The notes under the pieces: model-generated | What the model was told of the DNA's origin: nothing | The model's database searches: none | What the model saw: the letters and a program-made list of their open reading frames with translations, nothing else | In this document: positions 11,294-20,313 of the stretch, piece after piece | How positions within the stretch are numbered: position 1 is the first letter of the stretch | How the letters are laid out: each line of letters opens with the position of its first letter | Made by a program: the position numbers and the translations under genes | Assembly (NCBI GenBank): GCA_964291405.2 | Contig: OZ219926.1 | Span: forward strand, 1,504,001 to 1,568,000 | Length of the DNA stretch: 64,000 nucleotides | From: Thermodesulfobacteriota bacterium | GTDB taxonomy: Bacteria; Desulfobacterota; Binatia; Bin18 | Direction of reading: 5' to 3'

Positions 11294-12427
11294 ATGAGCG
11301 GCACCGAGAGCAGTGAAATCGTCTATGACGTAGTGGTCGTCGGCGCCGGTGCCGCAGGCGTGGGTGCCGCGGTGGCTCTCAAGCATGCTGGCATCGAGAA
11401 CTTCATAATTTCCGAGCGTCAAACGGTCGGTGCATCGTTCGCCTCCTGGCCGGCCGAGACTCGCTTCATCACGCCCTCGTACCCAACCAATTCGATTGGC
11501 ATGCTCGATTTGAACTCGATCGCGATTGGCACTTCACCCGCGTTCAGTTTGGGGGTCGAGCATCCGACGGGTAAAGAGTACGCGATGTATTTGCGTGCAG
11601 TAGCAAAATTCTTTGAGTTACCTGTACGCCAGGATACCGACGTGAGGCGGGTCGCAAAGGTTGGCGGCGGCTTTCGCATCGATACGGCCGACGAGACCTT
11701 GCAAGCCAAGCACGTCATTTGGGCCGCTGGAGAGTTCCAATACCCACGCTCAGGCGGGTTGGTTGGGAGCCAATTGTGTCGCCATACCGCGACCATCGCC
11801 AGCTATGAAGAGCTTGACGGGGACGACTTCATCGTTGTGGGTGGCTACGAAAGTGGTGTCGACGTGGCCTACCACCTGGCGTGTCGCGACAAACGAGTGC
11901 GGTTGTTCGACAAGGGTTGCCCGTGGGAGAACGAGAGTTCCGATCCCAGTGTCACGCTTTCCCCGTTTACGCTCGAACGGATGCATGAAGACCAGTTTGT
12001 TGAGCAAGTGGAACTGCTTCCGCACACACCTATCGAATCGGTCACTCGCGTGGACACCATGTATGAAGTCACGGCTCGGGACGGGCAGCGGTTTCAAACC
12101 CGCGTGCCGCCACTGTTGGCAGGCGGATTTGAGGGGAGTCACAAGTTAGTCGCGGATTTGTTTGAACGACGCGACGATGGCTCTCTGATTCTGAGCGAAC
12201 AGGATGAATCGACCATCGTACCGGGAGTGTTTCTGTGCGGTCCCGCAGTTCGCCATAACAATTACGTCTTCTGCTTTATCTTCAAATATCGACAGCGACT
12301 CGCCGTTGTCGCCAAAGCAATTGCGACCTCGTTAGGGCTGCCGGCGAAAGAGTTGGAAGAGTACTACCGCCAGTGGGGCATGTATCTCGACGACCTCTCC
12401 TGCTGTGGGGAGGAGTGCGTATGTTAA
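11294..12427 (+). CDS. NAD(P)/FAD-dependent oxidoreductase with Cys-rich C-terminus
   Basis: VVGAGAAG FAD site, WAAGEFQYP, VVGGYESG second nucleotide site, FCFIFKYRQR, ends DDLSCCGEECVC; AGGAGG RBS. Confidence 0.88.
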   Translation: MSGTESSEIVYDVVVVGAGAAGVGAAVALKHAGIENFIISERQTVGASFASWPAETRFITPSYPTNSIGMLDLNSIAIGTSPAFSLGVEHPTGKEYAMYLRAVAKFFELPVRQDTDVRRVAKVGGGFRIDTADETLQAKHVIWAAGEFQYPRSGGLVGSQLCRHTATIASYEELDGDDFIVVGGYESGVDVAYHLACRDKRVRLFDKGCPWENESSDPSVTLSPFTLERMHEDQFVEQVELLPHTPIESVTRVDTMYEVTARDGQRFQTRVPPLLAGGFEGSHKLVADLFERRDDGSLILSEQDESTIVPGVFLCGPAVRHNNYVFCFIFKYRQRLAVVAKAIATSLGLPAKELEEYYRQWGMYLDDLSCCGEECVC

Positions 12428-12648
12428 TGGGAAACGCCGAAGGGGCCGTCGCGTCTGACGCGAGGCGAAGCCGACGAGCCAGGATGCGGAGCATCGCATG
12501 GCTCGGACAAACGGCTGCCAGCGTTTGCTGGATTGGCAGCATGCTGACTGACGGGATCAGATCCGGTGGGGACTGGTTGCAGTTGTGTGCTGCATCCGCA
12601 TGGCTGTTGGCCAACATCGCAGCGATTGCGACTGCCGAAGCTGATTGA
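12421..12648 (+). CDS. Small two-helix membrane protein
   Basis: ATG 12421 overlaps the upstream stop, GGAGGAG RBS; two hydrophobic segments (WLGQTAASVCWIGSML; WLQLCAASAWLLANIAAI). Confidence 0.55.
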   Translation: MLMGNAEGAVASDARRSRRARMRSIAWLGQTAASVCWIGSMLTDGIRSGGDWLQLCAASAWLLANIAAIATAEAD

Positions 12649-12649
12649 T

Positions 12650-13714
12650 ATGTCGGCGGCAAGAGTTCGACGCAGGTCTGATTTGAATGTCGACAGCCCG
12701 AGGGGTGTTCTTCGCCGGGGCTGGTCTGCGGCGGTCGGCGACTACGCCATCGCCGGGGGTTGGAGCCTACGCGGTGAGGCGCTGATGGTCGGTGATGCTG
12801 AGGGTGGCGTTTACGCACTTGACGGCAAGTCTGGCGCGACCGTCTGGGCGCGGCGCGGGGTTCATGAAGGCGGTGTGCTCGCGGTGGCGATCCACCCAAG
12901 TGGAACCGCGTTCGCTACGGCCGGCCAGGACGGACGAGTCTTAATCTGGAGTGCTGCCGAAGGTCAGGTAAGCCGGGCTATCGACATCGGAAGCGGTTGG
13001 GTAGAAAACGTGGCGTGGTCGCCGGACGGCCAATGGTTGGCGGCCTCCTGCTCCCGGCAGGTTCGTGCGTATGGTGCGGACGGCGCGGAGGTTTGGCGAT
13101 CTGATGATCATCCCAGCACCGTCAGTGCGATCGCCTGGTCGGGCGTAGGGGAACTGGCGACGGCCTGTTACGGTCGAGTGACGTTCTTCGACGCGTCCAC
13201 CGGCGAGCTTCGCCAGAAGCTGGAGTGGCAGGGCTCCTTGGTGTCGATGGTACTGAGCCCGGACGGAGATATCGTGGCCTGCGGCAGCCAGGACAACTCG
13301 GTGCACTTCTGGCGTCGCTCCACTGAGCAGGACTCCATGATGTCAGGATACCCTGCCAAGCCGTCGGCCCTGGCTTTCGATGACACCGGCACCCTCTTGG
13401 CCACCGGCGGAGGGGAGGCGGTGACGGTCTGGAGCTTCCAGGGAAGTGGTCCCGAAGGCACGCGACCCGGCGTTCTAGAGCTTCATGCTCAACCCGTCAC
13501 GACGCTTGCCTTCGCTCGCCGCGCGATGCGCCTGGCATCGGGAGGCCGCGATGGTGCCGTGGTTGTGTGGTCGCTTCAGAGAGATGGAGAAGGCGATCCG
13601 ATAGGAGGCGCGGTTGTGGCGGGCGTAGTGGCCGAATTGTACTGGCGGCCAGACGGGCGGGCGCTTGCCGCGCTCGACGCGCGGGGTGGCGTGACGGTTT
13701 GGCGGATAGGATGA
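12650..13714 (+). CDS. WD40-repeat beta-propeller protein
   Basis: Repeats ATAGQDGRVLIW, VAWSPDG, ACGSQDNSVHFW, LASGGRDGAVVVW; start re-assigned to ATG 12650. Confidence 0.9.
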   Translation: MSAARVRRRSDLNVDSPRGVLRRGWSAAVGDYAIAGGWSLRGEALMVGDAEGGVYALDGKSGATVWARRGVHEGGVLAVAIHPSGTAFATAGQDGRVLIWSAAEGQVSRAIDIGSGWVENVAWSPDGQWLAASCSRQVRAYGADGAEVWRSDDHPSTVSAIAWSGVGELATACYGRVTFFDASTGELRQKLEWQGSLVSMVLSPDGDIVACGSQDNSVHFWRRSTEQDSMMSGYPAKPSALAFDDTGTLLATGGGEAVTVWSFQGSGPEGTRPGVLELHAQPVTTLAFARRAMRLASGGRDGAVVVWSLQRDGEGDPIGGAVVAGVVAELYWRPDGRALAALDARGGVTVWRIG

Positions 13715-13831
13715 ACAAAGGCTGCCAAAAAGGCCCTGGTCGGTCACGCGTATTGTGCTAACCGGAGTGTTGGCGGAACCCGTACCCAGCTATAAACGCT
13801 AGGCGCTTTTCCGTCTCGCTCAGGAACCCTT

Positions 13832-15406
13832 TTACTTCATTCGGTTCACATCGTCCGGGTTGATCAGGTCCGGGGCGGTCCAGCCCTCGATGCCGTATTC
13901 CGCCATACACTGATCGACAAATGATTTGAGTTGATCCGCGCGGCCCATTGCTATAGCCGCAGGCACGTTTTCGAGTTTAATATTCTCGTAGTTACCGGCG
14001 TAGTTGCGCTCGTACAGTTCGTGCCGCCCGCCAAACTCGGTCCCGATCGCGTCCCACATAATCTTGAGCAGCTTGACGCGCTCCAGCGCATCGTAATCGT
14101 TGGAGCCGCGTAAATACTTCTCCAGATAGGGCTGGAGCTCCGGCGTTTTGAAGTCTTTCACGTGGGAGTTGAGATAGATCAGACCGCTCGAAATGGTTTG
14201 CTCGACAATCTCTTTGATACGGGGGTAGGCGACCGGAGCCAGGACGCGGTAAGCCAGGCCGTACTCCGTGTTGGGCTGGAGGGCACCATTGACCCATTGC
14301 TCGGGTGTCTTGGTCATTGCCTCGGTCAGGCCCCAGAACATATGGCGCCAAGCCAGCACCTCACCGACCTGGACCTGGGCGCTACGCTGGCTCTGTACGC
14401 CAAGCGCGTCGAGCGCTTTCAGCAGTACTCCGGCCAGAAAGTCCAACTTCACCGCGAAACGCGTGCAGCCGTGCAGGGTAAAGCGCGGGATAAAACCCGA
14501 GCCGGGGAAAAAGGCGTTGGCCTTATCCAGATCGCGATAGACAAACAGATTCTCCCAAGGGATGAGAACCTTGTCCAACACCAGAATGGCGTCGTTCTCA
14601 TCCAGCCGGGAGGATAGCGGATAGTCGAACGGACTCCCCATGGTGGCGGCGTGCAATTCATACGACGGGCGACAGATAAGCTTCACACCCGCACTCTCCA
14701 TGGGAATCATGGCAAACAGCGCCATCTCGGGTTTGCCCAAGGGCGTTGGGCCGTAAAAGCCGATAAAATTATGGTGCGTCAGGGCAGAGCCGGTCGCAAC
14801 CACCTTGGCGCCACTGACGATGACTCCTGCGTCGGTTTCTTTTTCCACCTGCACATAGACATCTTTCACCTCGTCGGGGGATTTGGCCTTATCGACCGGC
14901 GGGTTCACCAGCGCGTGGTTGAGAAACAGGCAGCGCTCCTGGGTGTGACGATACCAGCGTAACGCGTTGTCCTGATACGGCGCATAGAATTCGGCGTTTG
15001 CGCCCAGGGTGCCGGTCAGGCTGGCTTTGTAGTCCGGCGAGCGTCCCATCCAGCCGTAGGAGATACGCGCCCACTCGGCAATGGCATCCCGGCTGCCAAC
15101 CAGGTCTTCCTGACTCTTCGGTACCTTGTAAAACTTATGCGTGAACCCGCCGTTCCCCGTATCGGTCGGCGTGCTGAGCGTCGGTCCTTTTTTCGGGTCG
15201 TGCAGCGCATCATACATGCGCGCCAGCATACGGGCGGAATTCCGAAAGCCAGGATGCTGGGTAACGTCTTTGACGCGCTCACCATAAATCCAGACCTCTC
15301 GGTCATCCCGTAGGCTGTCAAGAAACTCTTGGCCGGTCAGGGGTCTTTGTCCGCTCTCACTATCGGGTTGCGACCTCGGGTCGGCGGCCTGTGTCTGTTG
15401 GCTCAT
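13832..15406 (-). CDS. 4-hydroxyphenylacetate 3-monooxygenase/phenol hydroxylase oxygenase component (HpaB family)
   Basis: [48 protein letters not shown]; start ATG 15406 with GGAGG RBS. Confidence 0.92.
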   Translation of the reverse strand: MSQQTQAADPRSQPDSESGQRPLTGQEFLDSLRDDREVWIYGERVKDVTQHPGFRNSARMLARMYDALHDPKKGPTLSTPTDTGNGGFTHKFYKVPKSQEDLVGSRDAIAEWARISYGWMGRSPDYKASLTGTLGANAEFYAPYQDNALRWYRHTQERCLFLNHALVNPPVDKAKSPDEVKDVYVQVEKETDAGVIVSGAKVVATGSALTHHNFIGFYGPTPLGKPEMALFAMIPMESAGVKLICRPSYELHAATMGSPFDYPLSSRLDENDAILVLDKVLIPWENLFVYRDLDKANAFFPGSGFIPRFTLHGCTRFAVKLDFLAGVLLKALDALGVQSQRSAQVQVGEVLAWRHMFWGLTEAMTKTPEQWVNGALQPNTEYGLAYRVLAPVAYPRIKEIVEQTISSGLIYLNSHVKDFKTPELQPYLEKYLRGSNDYDALERVKLLKIMWDAIGTEFGGRHELYERNYAGNYENIKLENVPAAIAMGRADQLKSFVDQCMAEYGIEGWTAPDLINPDDVNRMK

Positions 15407-15510
15407 CGTCTGTCCTCCAAGCGCACCTGCTGCGGTCTGCTTCTGTCTATAGGGCGGACCATATTTCGGCAAGTTCGAGCACACCGGAGCGAGACGGCGG
15501 CCCTAACCAT

Positions 15511-18500
15511 CTACGGTCGAAACTGCAACGCCCTGGGCACAAGTCGCGTCGGCTGAGACACGACTTGATAGGCGGTTTCCACCCACTCACAGATATAGCG
15601 ACGGGTATCCCTGGGATCGATCATTTCTTCGATCTGGAATTTATTTAACGGGCCGAGCGGTCCCCGCACGCTCTCGATCCGGGCGTTGAGTTCTGCGCGG
15701 AATGCAACTGGGTCATCCGCTTCTGCCAACTGGCGTTTATAGGCCGCTTCGATGCCGCCCTCGGGTGGAATCCCACCGACATCCGCAGCTGGCCAAGTGA
15801 CGCGCATCGAGGGTTCCGAGCGCGGGGTAGCATAATTGTTCCCGGCCACGCCGAAACTGCGCCGCATCAGGACGGTGAAAATGGGGACCCGGACCTGGGC
15901 GAAGGCAATCATCCACTCCGCCCCTTTGCGAATCGTGCCCGTCCGCTCATGCTCCAAGCCGACCGCGAAGCCGGGATTATCGACCAGGTTCAAGAGCGGC
16001 AGATGGAACAGATCGCACAAGTCCAGGTGCCGCGTCAGCTTGTCACAGCCGTCGGCGGTCAACGCGCCACCGTTGGCGTGCTGGCTGTCGGAAGCAATTA
16101 CGCCCAGGGGGTAGCCGTTGAATCTCACAAACCCGGTTACTTGGTCGGTCCCCCACAAGGGACCTATCTCAAAAAAAGAGTCCCGGTCGGCCATCAATCG
16201 GATGGCCTGCCGAATATCAAAGGTCGTGGTCCGTTTTCTGGCGATGAGGGTCGCGAGTTCCTCTTCACGCCGATTGACCGGGTCGCTCGCGCGGGCCGCG
16301 TACACGGGCGGCACCTCATACACGCTGGAGGGCAGATAGGACAGGAACGTCCGCGTCATCTCCATGGCTTCTTCTTCGGACTCTGCCAGGTTGTCTACCG
16401 CGCCATTCGTACAGTGAATATGCCAGCCGCCGAGTTCCTCCTTGGTGATATCGTAGCCCATGGCATGCGAGACAACCGGTGGTCCAGCGACAAAGAGCTG
16501 GGCGATATCGCGCACCATCACCGAGAAATGACCCAGGACGGCCTTGGCCGCGCCAATGCCGACCACGCTGCCGAGCAGCAGATTGACCACCGGTATGGTC
16601 GCTAGCTGCTCGGTATACATGGTGCTGCCCAGGTGTCCGGGCAGATACGATCCACCGCCACCGGCCACCCGTGGCCTGCCGGCTTTGATTGCGCCCGAGC
16701 TTTCCCTGGCGCTACTTTCCCCCTCTTTTTTCTGTGCCGGCACCATGGCCGCGACACTGCCCCCACCGGACGAGCCGTCCAGCAGCCGGATCGAGGGCAT
16801 CCGCATCTCCGTTGCCAGGCGGTCCAGGTATCCGCTCTTTGCCGCGATCGCCCCATCTGCGTGGCCTCCCCGTGACGTGAAGTCGTCGGCACACACCACG
16901 ACACTCCGCTTGTGAACTTTCCCCCATCCACCCACACTGTTTGCGGGAGTAAAGCCGGTGATTGTGCCTTCTTCATCATAGGACGCAAAACCCGCGACAC
17001 TGCCGACCTCCCGAAAGGAGCCCTCGTCCAACAACAGATCAATCCGCTCGCGGCAGGTCAGCTTGCCGCGAGAGCGTTGGCGCACCACACCCGAATCGTT
17101 GGAGCCAGCCGCCAGCCGCTGTTTGGCAAATTTTTGCAGGAGCGTGACCTCTTCCAGCACCTTCTCCCAGGGGTGGACATCCTCTGTCGTCTGAGGGGTG
17201 TCAGCGTGTGACGGGGACACAACGGCCACCACCTGTCCTGCGGCGACGGTATCCCCGGCCTGGAGCGGTTGCAGTGCCGCTATGACCCCCGCACAGCCTG
17301 CCGTGATCATGGTTTCCATCTTCATGGCGCTCACGACCAGCAGCGTGTCACCGGGAGACACCCTATCACCCACGCTCACGCGAACCTCCACCACAGAACT
17401 CTCCAGGGGACAGTGCACGGCTTCCTGACCCTCCGCCACCTCTAGGGCCGGTAAACGTGAAGTCGGTACGGAACCCTGTTCCAGAGTCGTAATACCCAGC
17501 TTGGCAGCCTGTTGCTCCAGCAAGGCAAGCGCGCCGCCTTCAGTCGCGGAGAAAGAAACGGTGTTCATCTCCGGAATCTCTGCCAATAATGATGTTCTGG
17601 CATTACCCGCCTGAACGGCCGGATGGTCGAATATGGCACGCAGCTGGTGCAGATTGGTTTGCAGACCATCAAGATGAAACTCATCAAGCGCCTGCCGCAT
17701 GCGGGTAATTGCGGCTGTGTAAGAGCCGGACGTACAAATGAGTTTTGCCAGCAAGGGGTCAAACTGTGGCGGTGGGGCATACCCCAGATAGCCACACGCA
17801 TCTACCCGAATACCTGCGCCCGAGGGTTCCTTATAGGCCGTAATGCTCCCCGTACTCGCGGCAACGACACGGGCCTGCACGGCAAAACCGCGCGGTGTGC
17901 CGACTGCGTGCTGGTCACCAAGATCAAGCGAGGCGAGCGTTTCACCCGCGGCGATACGAAACTGGGCCTCGACCAAATCAATACCGGTGACCTGTTCGGT
18001 GACCGTATGCTCAACCTGAATCCGCGGATTACATTCAATAAAAAAATACTCGCCGGTCTCGGGCGAGACCAGGAACTCGACTGTGCCGGCATTCACATAC
18101 GCGGCCGCCTTCACAAGGGTGATTGCATCGGTGAGCATCTGCTCTCGTAGCGTAGGGTCCAACCCTGGGGCGGGGGCCACCTCAACGACCTTCTGGTGGC
18201 GCAGTTGGACCGAGCAGTCGCGTTCGTACAGATGGATGACATTACCATATGAATCCGCCAGAATCTGGACCTCGATATGCCTGGGCCGAGCGATCAATCT
18301 TTCGAGAAAGACGGCTCCGTCACCGAATGCGGCCTGGGCCTCGCTGCGGCAGCGCTCAAATGCCTCGGCCATCTGCTCGGCCCTTTCGACGGCTCGCATA
18401 CCGCGCCCCCCGCCCCCGGCTGCGGCCTTGAGCATCACGGGATAACCAAGCTCGCGGGCCAGCTTCTCTGCTTCTCGCGCTGAGCCTATAGGTTCGGTGC

Positions 18501-18942
18501 TACCGGGCACGACGGGAATGTCCAGCGACTCGGCAAGCGCACGCGCTCTGACTTTATCGCCGAATAAGGCCAGCGTCTCCGGCGACGGACCGATGAACGT
18601 GATGCCTTCGGCAGCACACAACGCGGCAAAAGCAGCATTCTCGGACAAGAAACCATAGCCAGGGTGCAGACAGTCACAACTGCGGGATTTGGCGGCCTGC
18701 ACGAGTGCGTCCGCGTTCAAATATGCCTCAACAGCGTCTGCCGCCGTACCGATCTCATGACTTTCCGTCATACAGCGGGTGTGCAGTGAAAACGCATCAA
18801 TGGCTGGATACACCCCGGCCGATTCCAGGCCCAAGGCCGTCGCGGATTTGGCAATGCGAATGGCGATTTCGCCACGGTTAGCGATCAAGACGCGGGTATG
18901 CACTATCAGGTATCCCCCTCTCCGACTCCTTTTCTCCCCCAT
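15511..18942 (-). CDS. Single-chain biotin-dependent acyl-CoA carboxylase (BC-BCCP-CT fusion)
   Basis: LIANRGEIA, HPGYGFLSE, GGGGRGMR, NPRIQVEH (BC); SAMKME (biotin Lys); RERIDLLLD and VDNPGF (CT). True start may be GTG 18903. Confidence 0.92.
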   Translation of the reverse strand: MGEKRSRRGGYLIVHTRVLIANRGEIAIRIAKSATALGLESAGVYPAIDAFSLHTRCMTESHEIGTAADAVEAYLNADALVQAAKSRSCDCLHPGYGFLSENAAFAALCAAEGITFIGPSPETLALFGDKVRARALAESLDIPVVPGSTEPIGSAREAEKLARELGYPVMLKAAAGGGGRGMRAVERAEQMAEAFERCRSEAQAAFGDGAVFLERLIARPRHIEVQILADSYGNVIHLYERDCSVQLRHQKVVEVAPAPGLDPTLREQMLTDAITLVKAAAYVNAGTVEFLVSPETGEYFFIECNPRIQVEHTVTEQVTGIDLVEAQFRIAAGETLASLDLGDQHAVGTPRGFAVQARVVAASTGSITAYKEPSGAGIRVDACGYLGYAPPPQFDPLLAKLICTSGSYTAAITRMRQALDEFHLDGLQTNLHQLRAIFDHPAVQAGNARTSLLAEIPEMNTVSFSATEGGALALLEQQAAKLGITTLEQGSVPTSRLPALEVAEGQEAVHCPLESSVVEVRVSVGDRVSPGDTLLVVSAMKMETMITAGCAGVIAALQPLQAGDTVAAGQVVAVVSPSHADTPQTTEDVHPWEKVLEEVTLLQKFAKQRLAAGSNDSGVVRQRSRGKLTCRERIDLLLDEGSFREVGSVAGFASYDEEGTITGFTPANSVGGWGKVHKRSVVVCADDFTSRGGHADGAIAAKSGYLDRLATEMRMPSIRLLDGSSGGGSVAAMVPAQKKEGESSARESSGAIKAGRPRVAGGGGSYLPGHLGSTMYTEQLATIPVVNLLLGSVVGIGAAKAVLGHFSVMVRDIAQLFVAGPPVVSHAMGYDITKEELGGWHIHCTNGAVDNLAESEEEAMEMTRTFLSYLPSSVYEVPPVYAARASDPVNRREEELATLIARKRTTTFDIRQAIRLMADRDSFFEIGPLWGTDQVTGFVRFNGYPLGVIASDSQHANGGALTADGCDKLTRHLDLCDLFHLPLLNLVDNPGFAVGLEHERTGTIRKGAEWMIAFAQVRVPIFTVLMRRSFGVAGNNYATPRSEPSMRVTWPAADVGGIPPEGGIEAAYKRQLAEADDPVAFRAELNARIESVRGPLGPLNKFQIEEMIDPRDTRRYICEWVETAYQVVSQPTRLVPRALQFRP

Positions 18943-19254
18943 TCATTGCACGAGAACGTATCATAGGTGAAGGCGGGTAGCGGAAACGTATACATCAGTC
19001 ATCCGATTCTTACGGGGAAATATCAGCCGAACGGGACACGATCATCCGCTCCGAGGCGCAGGACTCGCCCGGTGCCGAGATCTCAGGTCGAGAGGCTGGC
19101 GGTGGCAGCGCAGCCACGTGCGGTGGTCTGAGCACACGAATCGCCTGAGGTCGATCTTAGCGCCCGCCCCGGGGCCGCCTTGGCATCCAGGTGATTCGCT
19201 CACGCTGAACGCGCATCATTTGTCACCGACCCCGTTAAGGGGGCTCGTTTTTGG

Positions 19255-20007
19255 TTACAGCTCCAATGGCATTTTGAAGTAGGTGTGCATGATCCGGTCG
19301 CGGTGCTCCAACAACATAGGATCCACCGCGGCGGTGACCTCGGCCGGCGTGTTTTCGAACATTGGTCGAATGGACAGGTCGAGCAAAATGTCTTCGGGCG
19401 GTTGGAGGACAACGAAGTTGCTAAACGCGGCCCAGTAAAAATCTGCGGCCGTCACGGCTTGTCCGATGATGTAGTCGCTCCCGCGGGCTTTTTGCGCTTT
19501 GAGTGTCGCGGCGAGTTCTGTCATGAATGTTATGACTCGCGGATTGGCCAGTTTCGCGTCCACGTCGCGGTAGCCATATTTCAAGCCAAATGCAGATGGC
19601 CCGGTTGCGTCATCAGCCGGACGTATCATGTCGAGCCGTCGGTTCCAGCCGAAACCCAGCTCGCCGCAAATCTCGTGACCGATGCCGAACAATTGAATGC
19701 GCTCGGCTGCGTTTTCCGGCACGAGCGGCTTTTCCGGTGCGAGTCGTTCGAGCAAAAGCAAAATATCATCCCAACGGTTGATGGGTTTTTCGTCGTTCCA
19801 GGCAACCACCGGCCCGCTATTCGTACCCGACCACGCGAGCAGCTCCGGGTTTTCCTGCATCGGTTTCTGCGGTCCGAGCGTAAAGTCCAAGGACTTGTAC
19901 TCCATCATCGCCTTCACAGCCACGCCCCAGGCACTGGGCATCCCTCGCACTAAAATAAGACGGAGGCCATCCGCGTTGATGGCTTGATTGATGTCAACAT
20001 AGTCCAT
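19255..20007 (-). CDS. Glutathione S-transferase-like protein
   Basis: Thioredoxin-like N-terminal PSAWGVAVKAM...PVV...ILLLLERLAP; C-terminal YIIGQAVTAADFYWA; AGGAGG RBS. Confidence 0.6.
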   Translation of the reverse strand: MDYVDINQAINADGLRLILVRGMPSAWGVAVKAMMEYKSLDFTLGPQKPMQENPELLAWSGTNSGPVVAWNDEKPINRWDDILLLLERLAPEKPLVPENAAERIQLFGIGHEICGELGFGWNRRLDMIRPADDATGPSAFGLKYGYRDVDAKLANPRVITFMTELAATLKAQKARGSDYIIGQAVTAADFYWAAFSNFVVLQPPEDILLDLSIRPMFENTPAEVTAAVDPMLLEHRDRIMHTYFKMPLEL

Positions 20008-20152
20008 TGCTTGTCTCCTCCTATCTTCGATTCCGAGATTTTTCAGATCGCACCTTAGCGAAATTGCAAGTCACCGGCTACCAGCCATTTCAGGATGGAA
20101 ATGGTGTGAAGCGATCGTCTTCTAGGCTATTGGAAAGAAAAGAGGGGAGGAG

Positions 20153-20225
<73 letters not shown>

Positions 20226-20313
20226 ACAGTGACAAACGAATGGAGGTTGGGTCAGTGCGTTAGTGCAGAAATACTGCCATGTTCTCCGGCAGGCGTCAAC
20301 TCGCAGACAGCCC

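Larger units (their letters stand above)
11250..12693 (+). repeat. 29 bp imperfect direct repeat (27/29) flanking the oxidoreductase and small membrane gene
   Basis: GTTCGAAGCATGTCTGATTTGAATGTCGA (11250-11278) versus GTTCGACGCAGGTCTGATTTGAATGTCGA (12665-12693). Confidence 0.9.

Noticed and set aside
9922-11304. 460 aa antisense ORF over the COG0523 gene (similar cases: 31698-32960, 3025-4230, 35122-36000, 26317-27171)
   Set aside because: These are shadow frames of well-supported genes in GC-rich DNA, with no motifs of their own.
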